Source of the DNA: Flavobacteriales bacterium
Lineage (GTDB): Bacteria > Bacteroidota > Bacteroidia > Flavobacteriales > UBA7312
Length of the DNA stretch: 64,000 nt
NCBI GenBank assembly: GCA_965661505.1
Contig: CBFIDX010000004.1
Span: forward strand, 7,918 to 71,917
Direction: 5' to 3'
Under the pieces are notes generated by a model. It worked only from the letters and a program-made list of their open reading frames with translations. It had not been told where the DNA came from and did not search any database. The position numbers and the translations under genes were made by a program. Shown in pieces: positions 28,659 to 38,324 of the stretch (positions are counted from its first letter, which is position 1; each line of letters opens with the position of its first letter).

Positions 28659-29958
28659 CTTTCCATTTTAAACGATCAGTAGCAGGAAACTGCCACGGAG
28701 CACCATTATTTTCAACGTTAGTAAAAACCATGTTTAACTCTGTTGGAGCTGCTGACTCTTCCATCACTAAATACCTTCTTAAATCAACAATTATTGACAA
28801 AGGGTCTATGTTTATAGGACATGCCTCTGTACAAGCATTGCAAGACGTACAGGCCCATAACTCTTCTTTTGTTATGTAATCGTTAAGCAACGATTTTCCA
28901 TCCTTATAATCGACTCCGTTTTTATCAATTCCTCTTCCAACTTCTTCTGCTCTGTCACGAACATCCATCATTATTTTTCTAGGAGATAGTTTTTTTCCTG
29001 TAACATTTGCTGGACACTCCGAAGTACAGCGTCCACATTCCGTACAAGAATATGCATTTAATAGCTGAACCCAATTTAAATCTATTACGTCTTTGGCGCC
29101 GAAAAGTTCGGCTTCTTTTGATGAAGTACCATTGGCAAAAGGATCAGCATTAGGATCTAGCATCAACTGTACTTCTTTAGTTACAGAACTCATGTTGCTA
29201 AGCTGACCTTTTGGGTTTAAATTAGAATAGTATGTATTTGGAAAAGCAAAAATGATATGTAAATGCTTAGAAATAGCTAAATAATTTAAAAAAGCTAAAA
29301 TGCCTACAATGTGAACCCACCAGCAAAAGCGTTCTAAAAATAATAAAGACTCATTATTTAGGTTTATTAAAAGAGGCGTTAATAAATTACTTATTGGAAA
29401 AGAACCAGCCATAGCGTATTCCCCTCTTTGTTGAAGTAAATTATCTCCCGCATTCATAAAAAGAAATGCGGTCATAAGAATTACCTCAAAAATTAAAATA
29501 AGGTTGGCATCAGTAGTAGGCCAACCCTTCATTTCAGGATTCCAGAATCGTTTTATACGTTGAATGTTTCTTCTTACAAAAAATACAACACAAGCAACTA
29601 AAACTAAAATTGCCAACACCTCAAATGAAGCAATTAAAAAGTTGTAAAATACTCCCATAAATGATAAAACTCTGTGTGTTCCGAAAACACCATCAATAAT
29701 AATTTCTATCACTTCAATATTGATAATTACAAAGCCTACATATAGTAATATGTGCATTATGCCTGCAATTGGTCTTACTACCATTTTAGATTGTCCTAAA
29801 GCAACTCTTAGCATTGTCTTCCATCTTAAACTAGGGTTGTCGCTTCTATCAACTGATTTTCCTAATTTAATGTTTCTAATAATTCGCTTAATATTTCTAG
29901 CGAACAGTGCAACGGATGCAATCAGTACTAAAATGAAAATAATATTACTCCAACTCAT
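28651..29958 (-). CDS. Integral-membrane protein fused to a 2x[4Fe-4S] ferredoxin domain (HdrD/DsrK N-terminal type)
   Basis: 435 aa with about 5-6 TM helices containing conserved His residues. The C-terminal part has CTECGRCTSECP and CTSCNACTEACP. Confidence 0.75.
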   Translation of the reverse strand: MSWSNIIFILVLIASVALFARNIKRIIRNIKLGKSVDRSDNPSLRWKTMLRVALGQSKMVVRPIAGIMHILLYVGFVIINIEVIEIIIDGVFGTHRVLSFMGVFYNFLIASFEVLAILVLVACVVFFVRRNIQRIKRFWNPEMKGWPTTDANLILIFEVILMTAFLFMNAGDNLLQQRGEYAMAGSFPISNLLTPLLINLNNESLLFLERFCWWVHIVGILAFLNYLAISKHLHIIFAFPNTYYSNLNPKGQLSNMSSVTKEVQLMLDPNADPFANGTSSKEAELFGAKDVIDLNWVQLLNAYSCTECGRCTSECPANVTGKKLSPRKIMMDVRDRAEEVGRGIDKNGVDYKDGKSLLNDYITKEELWACTSCNACTEACPINIDPLSIIVDLRRYLVMEESAAPTELNMVFTNVENNGAPWQFPATDRLKWKDE

Positions 29959-30962
29959 TAATTAACGCTATCTACAGGGTTCTTTTTAAATTCAAAGTTT
30001 GTTTTTTGTCCACCAAGTAATGAAAAGTTAAGGTATCTTTTGGGTCGATTCTTCATATCTGACAGTAGTTGTTCCAACTGACTTGAAGCGGTCGCTAAAT
30101 TAGTATATAGTTGATTGTCATTTATTAATAAACCAACGGAACCTTTTCCATTATTAATTTTAGAAATTACTTCATCGAATTGCTTCAATGAAGAGTCTAA
30201 GTTATTTATAGTAGATCGAACCTTTGATTTTGCAATAGTATCTGAAATCGCTTCAAAATTCTTTATGACGTTACCTATTGCTTTGTTGTTGTTGTGTAAG
30301 TTTGTTGTTATGGACTCTACATTAGTTAAAATCCTTGTAACTCGATTATCGTTGTAGTATATCATGCTATCTAGTCTAACCATAGCTAATTCCATTGTTG
30401 AAAAAGTGCGATTGAGACTAATTAAACTATTTGTTAAACTTTGTCTTGCGTCTTTATCTAATACTGTTGTAATTACTGTCATTACAGAATCAATTGAAGA
30501 AATTAGGTCTTCGGCTTTGTTTTTTAGAGGCAAAACCTGTTTATTAACTTCATCCTTCAGATTTCCTTCAATTTCTGAGTACAAAGTATCACCAGATTTT
30601 GCATATATAGCACTATTTCCTAGATTCAAAAGGATTGCTTTTGAGCCCATCAAATCAGAATTGTAAATAGTAGCAACGGTATTTTTAGGGATTGCGAACT
30701 CTTCATGCATTTCAAACTTTAGGATAATCTTTCCAGAGTTGTTTGGGTGAAAATAGACTTCGGATACTTTTCCTACGGTATACCCATTTATCCTTACAGG
30801 AGCAGAAGATTCAACGCCCCCTACATCTTCATAAACTGAATAATAATGTGTGCCATTATTAAAGATGTTTTTTCCTTTCAGAAAACTTACACCCCATACC
30901 AGCAAAGCAATGGTTGTAATCCCGATAATTGCTAATCGAACTTCTAGATTTTTATTATTCAT
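29958..30962 (-). CDS. MlaD/MCE-domain protein
   Basis: 334 aa. It has an N-terminal TM anchor, an MCE domain (GVESSAPVRINGYTVGKVSEV) and a long helical C-terminus. Confidence 0.75.
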   Translation of the reverse strand: MNNKNLEVRLAIIGITTIALLVWGVSFLKGKNIFNNGTHYYSVYEDVGGVESSAPVRINGYTVGKVSEVYFHPNNSGKIILKFEMHEEFAIPKNTVATIYNSDLMGSKAILLNLGNSAIYAKSGDTLYSEIEGNLKDEVNKQVLPLKNKAEDLISSIDSVMTVITTVLDKDARQSLTNSLISLNRTFSTMELAMVRLDSMIYYNDNRVTRILTNVESITTNLHNNNKAIGNVIKNFEAISDTIAKSKVRSTINNLDSSLKQFDEVISKINNGKGSVGLLINDNQLYTNLATASSQLEQLLSDMKNRPKRYLNFSLLGGQKTNFEFKKNPVDSVN

Positions 30963-32091
30963 TTGTTTTAATAATTTGCTTTGCTTCTTTGATACTTATT
31001 TTATCTCCTTTGTAAAAAGCAATGATAAAAGCATCATTGAAACCATGTTTTTTTGCTTTGTTAAGAAGCATTGTTGCTTGTTCGATAGTGGTCGAATTTC
31101 CAACGGTAAATTTATGTAAATTTCCCTCTTTGTAAGAACTTACAGTATATTCATCTAAGGGCTTTAATTTTTGATCGTTTTTTGAGGAGTATATCTGAAC
31201 TTTAAAATGCAAGTCAGGAAGGTTTTCAGTCGTGGTCTCTTCACTAGTATTTACGAGTTCTGAATCAGTGTTTTGTGAAGGATTATCTTCGGTAGTTGAA
31301 TTCGTTACTTTATCTAAAAACTGATCATTTCTATACTCTTTTACAGCTCGATAAATGGCAGATGCCATGTAGGTCTGGCCTTTTTCAGATTGTAAAAAAT
31401 CTTCTTCTTGTGGGTTTGTTAAGAAGCCTAATTCTACCAATACACTCGGCATTAACGTTCTGCTAGTAACCAAATAAGGCGCTTGCCTAACGCCCCTGTC
31501 CTTTCGATTGACTCTTTCTCTGAATTGATCTTGAATCTTTTGAGCTATCTGAATGCTTTTCTCCATGTAAACACTTTGATTAAGCGTCAATGCAATAACA
31601 CTTTCAATAGAATTTGGATCAAAACCATCGTAATTTTCTTCATAGTCGTCTTCAAGAAAAATAGAAGAATTTTCTTTTTGAGCCATTCTTAAGTTTTCAT
31701 CCGTATAATCTAACCCCATTATGTAGGATCCGCATCCAAAAGCATTTTTATTAGTAAATGCATCGCAGTGAATCGATAAAAATAAATCTGCTTTTGAAGA
31801 ATTGGCAATATTTACACGCTGCCATAAGGTTGGGTAGGTATCTGTTTTTCTTGTGTAAACAACTCTTACATCTGGAAGATGTTCTTTAATGTAATCCCCT
31901 AATTTAAGCGTTACTGATAAAGCAATTTGTTTTTCTGTTTTACTATATCGGCCTGTGCCTAAATTACCTGGGTCTTTTCCGCCATGACCTGCATCAAGCA
32001 CTACAATGAAAGAAGCGTCTGGTGTAGAAAAAGTGTCCGGAGGTAAAGAAACCAGAATAAAAACAAGAAATAAAAGAAAAGTACGTTTCAT
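30955..32091 (-). CDS. N-acetylmuramoyl-L-alanine amidase (Amidase_3) with C-terminal SPOR-like domain
   Basis: 378 aa with VVLDAGHGGKDPG and the SIHCDA zinc ligands. The C-terminal FKVQIYSS...AFII pattern is SPOR-like. Confidence 0.85.
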   Translation of the reverse strand: MKRTFLLFLVFILVSLPPDTFSTPDASFIVVLDAGHGGKDPGNLGTGRYSKTEKQIALSVTLKLGDYIKEHLPDVRVVYTRKTDTYPTLWQRVNIANSSKADLFLSIHCDAFTNKNAFGCGSYIMGLDYTDENLRMAQKENSSIFLEDDYEENYDGFDPNSIESVIALTLNQSVYMEKSIQIAQKIQDQFRERVNRKDRGVRQAPYLVTSRTLMPSVLVELGFLTNPQEEDFLQSEKGQTYMASAIYRAVKEYRNDQFLDKVTNSTTEDNPSQNTDSELVNTSEETTTENLPDLHFKVQIYSSKNDQKLKPLDEYTVSSYKEGNLHKFTVGNSTTIEQATMLLNKAKKHGFNDAFIIAFYKGDKISIKEAKQIIKTNE

Positions 32092-32122
32092 AAATTTGCC
32101 TCTATAAGATTTTATAAATGCT

Positions 32123-32130
32123 TAATTTTG
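32123..32130 (+). promoter_or_regulatory. -7 promoter box (TAATTTTG) for the LptD-like gene
   Basis: Exact TAnnTTTG match 20 nt upstream of the TTG start at 32151. Confidence 0.4.
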
Positions 32131-32150
32131 AAAGCTGAAATATTCTTTTA

Positions 32151-34640
32151 TTGGATAATTGTCCTAACATACATCAAATAAGATCAAAAATAGCTTATTT
32201 AAGTTTTTTGATATCACTATTTACTGCACTTTTTTCAACATCGATGGCCTCAAATTTTGCTACCGATAGCGCAACTTTTTACACAGACACACTGCTTAGT
32301 GAAAACGCTTTAGATTTACAAGTAATTACGTTTGCTGAAGACTCCATTGATTATGATTTGAAGGATAAAAAAGTTCGTTTGTACAAAAACGCAAAGGTTA
32401 CTTATGGAGATATTGAACTAACGGCAGCCTTTATTGAATTGAATCAAGATGAAAATTCTGTTTTTGCAACTTGGCTAAACGATTCATTGGGTAACCCCTA
32501 TGGTAAGCCGGAGTTTAAAGAAAAAAATAAAAGCTTTAATTCTGATGTCATTAGGTATAATTTCAACACCAAAAAAGGGGTTATTAAAAATGTTATTACT
32601 CAAGAAGGAGAAGGGTATCTATTGGGTGAAAAAGTAAAAAAACAAACCGACAAAATCATTCATACCCACAGAGGAAGATACACAACTTGTGACGAGGAGT
32701 GTCCTCATTTTGCAATAAGAGCTAGAAAAATAAAAACAATTACAGGGGACAAAATAATAACCGGACCTGCTAATCTGGAAATTGCCGGTGTGCCTACTCC
32801 CTTATTTTTACCATTTGGTTTCTTTCCTAGTCAAGACAAAAAAAGTTCTGGAATCATTTTTCCAATTTATGGCGAATCAGCAAATAAAGGATTCTTTTTA
32901 AGAAATGGAGGCTATTATTTTGCGCTGAACGATTATGTTGATTTAGCAATAAAGGGAGATATATTTACAAAAAAAAGCTGGAAACTAACAGCTCAATCAA
33001 ATTATAAAAAACGATATCGATATAATGGAAGTTTGAGTTTAAGCTATGCGAGTCTCAAAAGTGGTAATGAAGATTTAGAAAACTTTACAGATTTACGTGA
33101 TTTTTTTATTAATTGGAAACATAGCCAAGATCCAAAGGCAAATCCAAATAGTAGATTTTCTGCAAATGTAAATGCTGGAAGTAGTGCTTATCATCAAAAT
33201 AACAGTTTTAATAGTAATGATTATCTGAATAATACATATAGTTCTAGTATTTCGTATAATAGAAATTGGACTTTTTCAAACCTATCAGCTAATTTTAGAC
33301 ACAGCCAAAACACCTTGAATAACAGTGTTAACCTAAAGTTACCTGAAGTAAATTATAGCATTAATCGTTTTCACCCTTTAAAAGCTTTAAATAAATCTTC
33401 AAAATCCAGATGGTATGATAAAATAGGCATTTCATATACTGCTAATGCAAAAAATGAAATATCCACATTAGATTCTCTTCTTTTTACTCCAAAATCACTG
33501 GATAACATAAGAAACGGCATAAAGCATACTGTCCCAATTAATGCATCATTTAAAACCCTTAAACATTTTACAATATCTCCTAGAGTAAATTATACTGAAA
33601 GGTGGTATTTTAACTACATCCAGAAAAAATGGAACGGAGAAAGTATTGATACAGATACTATTTCGGGCTTTAAAAGAGCTTATAACTACAACTACTCCAC
33701 TAGTATAAATACAAAAATATATGGCCTAGTGCAATTTAAAAAGGGACTAATAAAAGCTATAAGACATGTCATAACCCCCTCTTTAAGTTTTAATTATACA
33801 CCTGATTTTTCTAAGTCTTCATTTGGTTTTTATGAAAGTATTGTCTCTGATGAAGCTGGCAACCTACAGGATTATTCTATCTTTCAAAATGGAGTTTATG
33901 GTTCTCCCAGTAGTGGCGAGCAAGGTAATGTTCGTCTTAGTTTGAGTAACATTTTAGAAATGAAAGTTGACAACAAAAAAGACACACTAAATACCATCAA
34001 AAAGATAAAGATTTTGGAGAGTCTCAATTTATCATCTTCTTACAATATTTTTGCAGATTCCATGAATCTTTCGATGATATCCTTAAATGCTAGGACAAGA
34101 GTGTTAAATGGTTTTAACATAAACTTTAGAGCAAGCTACGATCCATATAAAATGAATTACAACGGTCAGCGTATCAATTCAATGTATATAAATGATTCCT
34201 TTAAATTAGGTCGTTTAAACTCAATGAATACAACGGTTAGCTATCAGTTAAATAATAATGGAAATCGCTCTGAAGAAAATGACATAAATTCCAATTGGAA
34301 TTATATTAACTTCGATATTCCTTGGAGTTTAAGCTTCAACTACTCATACGATCTGAGAAAAACATTACTTGAGTCGACAATAACTCAATCTTTAGGTTTT
34401 AGTGGAGACGTTAAGTTAACGAAAAAATGGAAGCTTGGTTTTCGATCAGGTTATGATTTTGATGCTAAGACACTATCACACACTTCAATTGATATTTATA
34501 GAGACTTACATTGCTGGGAGATGTTATTCAAATGGATACCATTTGGATATCATCAGAGTTACAACTTTACGATTAGAGTAAAAGCATCAACCCTGCAAGA
34601 TCTAAAATGGGAGAAGAAGAAGGATTGGTACGACTATTAA
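32151..34640 (+). CDS. Putative LPS-assembly outer-membrane protein (LptD-like)
   Basis: 829 aa with a TTG start. It has an OstA-like N-terminal segment and a long Asn/Ser/Tyr-rich alternating beta-barrel region. The start codon is uncertain. Confidence 0.6.
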   Translation: MDNCPNIHQIRSKIAYLSFLISLFTALFSTSMASNFATDSATFYTDTLLSENALDLQVITFAEDSIDYDLKDKKVRLYKNAKVTYGDIELTAAFIELNQDENSVFATWLNDSLGNPYGKPEFKEKNKSFNSDVIRYNFNTKKGVIKNVITQEGEGYLLGEKVKKQTDKIIHTHRGRYTTCDEECPHFAIRARKIKTITGDKIITGPANLEIAGVPTPLFLPFGFFPSQDKKSSGIIFPIYGESANKGFFLRNGGYYFALNDYVDLAIKGDIFTKKSWKLTAQSNYKKRYRYNGSLSLSYASLKSGNEDLENFTDLRDFFINWKHSQDPKANPNSRFSANVNAGSSAYHQNNSFNSNDYLNNTYSSSISYNRNWTFSNLSANFRHSQNTLNNSVNLKLPEVNYSINRFHPLKALNKSSKSRWYDKIGISYTANAKNEISTLDSLLFTPKSLDNIRNGIKHTVPINASFKTLKHFTISPRVNYTERWYFNYIQKKWNGESIDTDTISGFKRAYNYNYSTSINTKIYGLVQFKKGLIKAIRHVITPSLSFNYTPDFSKSSFGFYESIVSDEAGNLQDYSIFQNGVYGSPSSGEQGNVRLSLSNILEMKVDNKKDTLNTIKKIKILESLNLSSSYNIFADSMNLSMISLNARTRVLNGFNINFRASYDPYKMNYNGQRINSMYINDSFKLGRLNSMNTTVSYQLNNNGNRSEENDINSNWNYINFDIPWSLSFNYSYDLRKTLLESTITQSLGFSGDVKLTKKWKLGFRSGYDFDAKTLSHTSIDIYRDLHCWEMLFKWIPFGYHQSYNFTIRVKASTLQDLKWEKKKDWYDY

Positions 34641-35200
34641 TCACAAATCCAATTATGTAAAATCTTTTTTCCATCTGGTGTTAAAATAGATTCTGGATGA
34701 AACTGAACACCTTTTAAATCGTATTTTTTATGTGATATTGCCATTATAAGTTCATCAGATTTAGCCGTTATCTTCCAGTCATTAAAAGCATTTTCATGGT
34801 CAATAACCCATGAATGATAGTGACCAACTTGAACGGGATTTTTTAAGCCTCTAAAGAGTGATTCTTCAAAATCCACTTCAGTTAAAACAGAATGTTCTCC
34901 ATGTTTTGTGTTCTTAATGTTTCGTAAGCGAAGCCCAAAAAACACTCCAAGTGCTTGGTGACCTAAACAAATTCCTAATATGCTTTTTTTTGTTTTAATA
35001 TTTCGAATAAAATCCATTAACATATTTGCTTCTTGAGGTAAGCCTGGACCGGGTGATATAATAATTTTATCATAGGCATCGGCACAATAATCAGTAATTT
35101 TATCATTTCTAATTACATGAACTTCCTCTACAAATTGCTCAACAATATGAACAAGGTTGTAGGTGAATGAGTCGTAGTTATCTATTATTAGGATTTTCAC
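34637..35200 (-). CDS. Glutamine amidotransferase, anthranilate/aminodeoxychorismate synthase component II (TrpG/PabA type)
   Basis: 187 aa with IIDNYDSFTYNL, the catalytic GICLGHQ and HPES. It has a GTG start that overlaps the fcl stop (GTGA). Confidence 0.85.
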   Translation of the reverse strand: MKILIIDNYDSFTYNLVHIVEQFVEEVHVIRNDKITDYCADAYDKIIISPGPGLPQEANMLMDFIRNIKTKKSILGICLGHQALGVFFGLRLRNIKNTKHGEHSVLTEVDFEESLFRGLKNPVQVGHYHSWVIDHENAFNDWKITAKSDELIMAISHKKYDLKGVQFHPESILTPDGKKILHNWICD

Positions 35201-36138
35201 TTTAGTAAAGCCAATTCATCTTCAATCTTAGCATATGTCATTTTTAAACCCTCATTAAGTGAAATTTTATGCTTCCATCCAATCCTTTCAATTTTTTTGA
35301 CGTTTAATAGTTTTTTTGGCGTTCCGTTTGGCTTCGTTGTATCAAATTCAATTTCTCCCTTATAACCAGTTATTTTTTTGATTGTCAAGGCCAATTCTTT
35401 TATGCTTATGTCCTTACCTGTGCCAATATTTATGATTCCAGATTCGTTGTAATGTTCCATTAAATGAAAACAAGCTTCTGCACAATCATCAACATGCATA
35501 AATTCTCTCATAGCAGAACCATCACCCCATATTAGGACTTTTTCATTTTCTTTCATTTTTGCTTCATGAAATTTTCGAAGTAAGGCAGGTAACACATGAG
35601 CTGTTTGTAAATTGTAATTATCGTTTGGCCCATACATATTTGTGGGCATTACAGAAATAAAATTACAGTTGTATTGATGTCTATAAGCATCGCATAATTT
35701 TATACCTGCAATTTTAGCAATTGCATAGGGTTCGTTAGTGGATTCTAAAGTGCTTGTTAAAAGGGAGTTTTCTGATATAGGTTGAGTTGCCATTTTAGGG
35801 TAAATACATGAGCTGCCCAGAAACAAAAGTTTTTTCACTCCGGCCAGATAAGCGTTATGTATAACGTTATTCTGAATCATAAGGTTATCATAAATAAACT
35901 CTCCTTTAAGAGTGCTGTTTGCTAATATACCCCCCACCTTAGCAGCTGCCAAAAAGACATAATCGATCTTATTTTCTTTAAAAAAACTATCAACTTGATT
36001 ACTATTTCTTAAATCCAATTCTGACGAAGATTTAAGTAAAAGGTTAGTAAAGCCATTTTTTTGAAGCAATCTAACAATTGACGAACCGACAAGGCCAGTA
36101 TGCCCAGCCACATATATAGAAGATGATTTTTCCATCAA
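35197..36138 (-). CDS. fcl: GDP-L-fucose synthase
   Basis: 313 aa, collinear with E. coli Fcl as I remember it: AGHTGLVGS, AAAKVGGI, LGSSCIYP, NEPYAIAKIAG, VMPTNMYGP. Confidence 0.9.
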   Translation of the reverse strand: MMEKSSSIYVAGHTGLVGSSIVRLLQKNGFTNLLLKSSSELDLRNSNQVDSFFKENKIDYVFLAAAKVGGILANSTLKGEFIYDNLMIQNNVIHNAYLAGVKKLLFLGSSCIYPKMATQPISENSLLTSTLESTNEPYAIAKIAGIKLCDAYRHQYNCNFISVMPTNMYGPNDNYNLQTAHVLPALLRKFHEAKMKENEKVLIWGDGSAMREFMHVDDCAEACFHLMEHYNESGIINIGTGKDISIKELALTIKKITGYKGEIEFDTTKPNGTPKKLLNVKKIERIGWKHKISLNEGLKMTYAKIEDELALLK

Positions 36139-36148
36139 AACAAAAATA

Positions 36149-36892
36149 TTAGGGTTTTTGAAAATATTGTGGTAATTTTCTTAGTGGTTTTAAAAACGGT
36201 AAAAAAAAGGGCATTTTCAGTTTATTCAGTTCCCAAGCAATTCGATCTTCCTTGTTTGCCTTAATCCTGTGTGTTAAAGACTGATTACTAACCCCTCCCT
36301 CACGCATTTTAACAGTTATTTTAGGTAGATACACCGTTTTTATTTGCTGCTTATAAAGAAAGCGCAACATTAACTCATAATCAGCAGCACTTTTTAAATT
36401 AAGGTTAAAACAACCAAATTTATTATAAATACTCTTTTTAACAAATAGTGTTGGATGTGGTGGCATCCAACCGTACTTAAAAGAAGTTCTGTTGTAAGGT
36501 CCAGATTTCCAATAGCGTTTAATTATTTCTGAATTAGCTTTATCAACATAACATAAATCAGCGTACAATGCATCCTTATCAGCTATTAAATTTACCGTGT
36601 CTTGTATTACATTTGAGTAGGCATACATATCATCTGAATTCAAGATTCCGATAAGGTCTCCTGTAGCTAATTTTAGCCCTTTGTTCATAGCATCATATAA
36701 ACCTTTATCTGTTTCTGAGATATATATAGAGCTAGAGGCATGATTTTTAATGATTTCAACAGTATTGTCTGTAGAGTTTCCATCCACAAAGATGTGCTCA
36801 ATATTATTGTAAGATTGGGAGGAAACAGAATGAATACAATCCTTTAAAGTGTGCGCGCTATTGTAAGTAACAGTTATAATACTAACTTTCAT
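36149..36892 (-). CDS. Family 2 glycosyltransferase
   Basis: 247 aa. It has the N-terminal VSIITVTYNS pattern, the DGNSTD motif and a DxD-like NSDD motif. Confidence 0.8.
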   Translation of the reverse strand: MKVSIITVTYNSAHTLKDCIHSVSSQSYNNIEHIFVDGNSTDNTVEIIKNHASSSIYISETDKGLYDAMNKGLKLATGDLIGILNSDDMYAYSNVIQDTVNLIADKDALYADLCYVDKANSEIIKRYWKSGPYNRTSFKYGWMPPHPTLFVKKSIYNKFGCFNLNLKSAADYELMLRFLYKQQIKTVYLPKITVKMREGGVSNQSLTHRIKANKEDRIAWELNKLKMPFFLPFLKPLRKLPQYFQKP

Positions 36893-37425
36893 TAGAATCG
36901 ATCTTTTTTTATTGTAGCAGGATTTCCTTGGTAAATTTTATTAGGTTTCAAGTGGTTTGTTGCCACTGACCCTACACTAAGGACGCTAGCTTCATTGCAT
37001 ATAACGCCTGGACAAACAATAGATTTCGCTCCAATCCATACACCTTCTTTTAGATTAATCTCACCAATTATTAAGTCAAATGATTTAGATTTATAATCGT
37101 GATTTCCTGTAAGTAACATTGCTCCTTGCGAAATACATACATTTGAGTCAATAGTCACATTTGCTAAATTGTCAATCCAAACATCCTCTCCTATCCAAAC
37201 ATGATCTCCAAGACGTAATCTCCAAGGGTATTTAATGTTTACATTAGGCTTTATAACAAGGCCTTTGCCAAATTTACATCCAAATAGATAGAGCATCCAT
37301 TTCTTTAAAAAAAAAGGCCAAGGAAAAGGTGTTCTAAGGAAAAGGTGGTTAACGATCATCCATAAAAAGATTTTAGTTTTTGATCCAGGTTTAAACCAAT
37401 CATTTTTAAAAGTATTTAACTCCAT
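36892..37425 (-). CDS. Hexapeptide-repeat O-acetyltransferase (WcaF-like)
   Basis: 177 aa with left-handed beta-helix hexapeptide repeats (VWIGEDVWI, VWIGAKSIV) after an N-terminal WcaF-like segment. Confidence 0.75.
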   Translation of the reverse strand: MELNTFKNDWFKPGSKTKIFLWMIVNHLFLRTPFPWPFFLKKWMLYLFGCKFGKGLVIKPNVNIKYPWRLRLGDHVWIGEDVWIDNLANVTIDSNVCISQGAMLLTGNHDYKSKSFDLIIGEINLKEGVWIGAKSIVCPGVICNEASVLSVGSVATNHLKPNKIYQGNPATIKKDRF

Positions 37426-37427
37426 AT

Positions 37428-38324
37428 TTATAATTTTAAATTAAAATGATTGGCTAATTCATTTCTCATTTCTTCTTTTGATTTTAAAGGAGCAATCAAT
37501 TTCTTACCTTCATAGTACTTTAAATCTACCAACATTCTGTACCAAAATCCCTGAAAAAAATGAAAGAAAAAACCTCTAATCCCATCTAAAAAACCTAGCT
37601 TGATAAAATAACGATAGGTGAAATACAAAATAGGTCTAATGATTATTGGTAATTGATTATATAAATATACTTTTACTAATCGTTTATATTTTGCATTGTT
37701 GGGTGCGTTTAAAACATCTTTATCAATTGGTAAAAAATGATATTTCTGATTTAGTATTTCAACTGCTTCTCTTGAAGCATACTTGTTATGCTTTTCAATC
37801 CACCAACTTGAGTTATTCAAATTATGATCAATAAAGTGGTGTCTTAATTTTTTTGATTTTTGATTTTCGACAACAATATGTTCATCCATCCATCGCTGTT
37901 CCATTTTAGCTGATCCTGTTTTCCAAACACGCAAAATTGCAGGTGATTCTCCAAACCTAATTTGTTTTCCTTTAAAGATTACTCTTAAATTCAAGTAAAA
38001 TGAATTTATGTCATTACTATTATGTAATTCTTCTTTTAATTCTTCAACAAGTAAATCTGTAAGGTATTCATCAGCATCCATTTTCATTGTCCATTCAGTA
38101 TCAATATTAAAATGATCAAGAGCATATTGAAACTGTTCAGCATTATTTTTCCATTCTCTTTGAATGATTTTAGTATTGTATTTTGAGGCAATACTTAATG
38201 TATTATCTGTAGAAAACGAATCAATAATATAAACCTTCTCTGCAATTTTAAAAACGCTATCCAAACACCTTTTGATGTGTTTTTCTTCATTGAATGTTAA
38301 TATAATAACAGCTAGATTAGTCAT
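37428..38324 (-). CDS. Family 2 glycosyltransferase
   Basis: 298 aa with AVIILTFNEEKHI, IIDSFSTDNT and the DADE (DxD) motif. Confidence 0.75.
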   Translation of the reverse strand: MTNLAVIILTFNEEKHIKRCLDSVFKIAEKVYIIDSFSTDNTLSIASKYNTKIIQREWKNNAEQFQYALDHFNIDTEWTMKMDADEYLTDLLVEELKEELHNSNDINSFYLNLRVIFKGKQIRFGESPAILRVWKTGSAKMEQRWMDEHIVVENQKSKKLRHHFIDHNLNNSSWWIEKHNKYASREAVEILNQKYHFLPIDKDVLNAPNNAKYKRLVKVYLYNQLPIIIRPILYFTYRYFIKLGFLDGIRGFFFHFFQGFWYRMLVDLKYYEGKKLIAPLKSKEEMRNELANHFNLKL

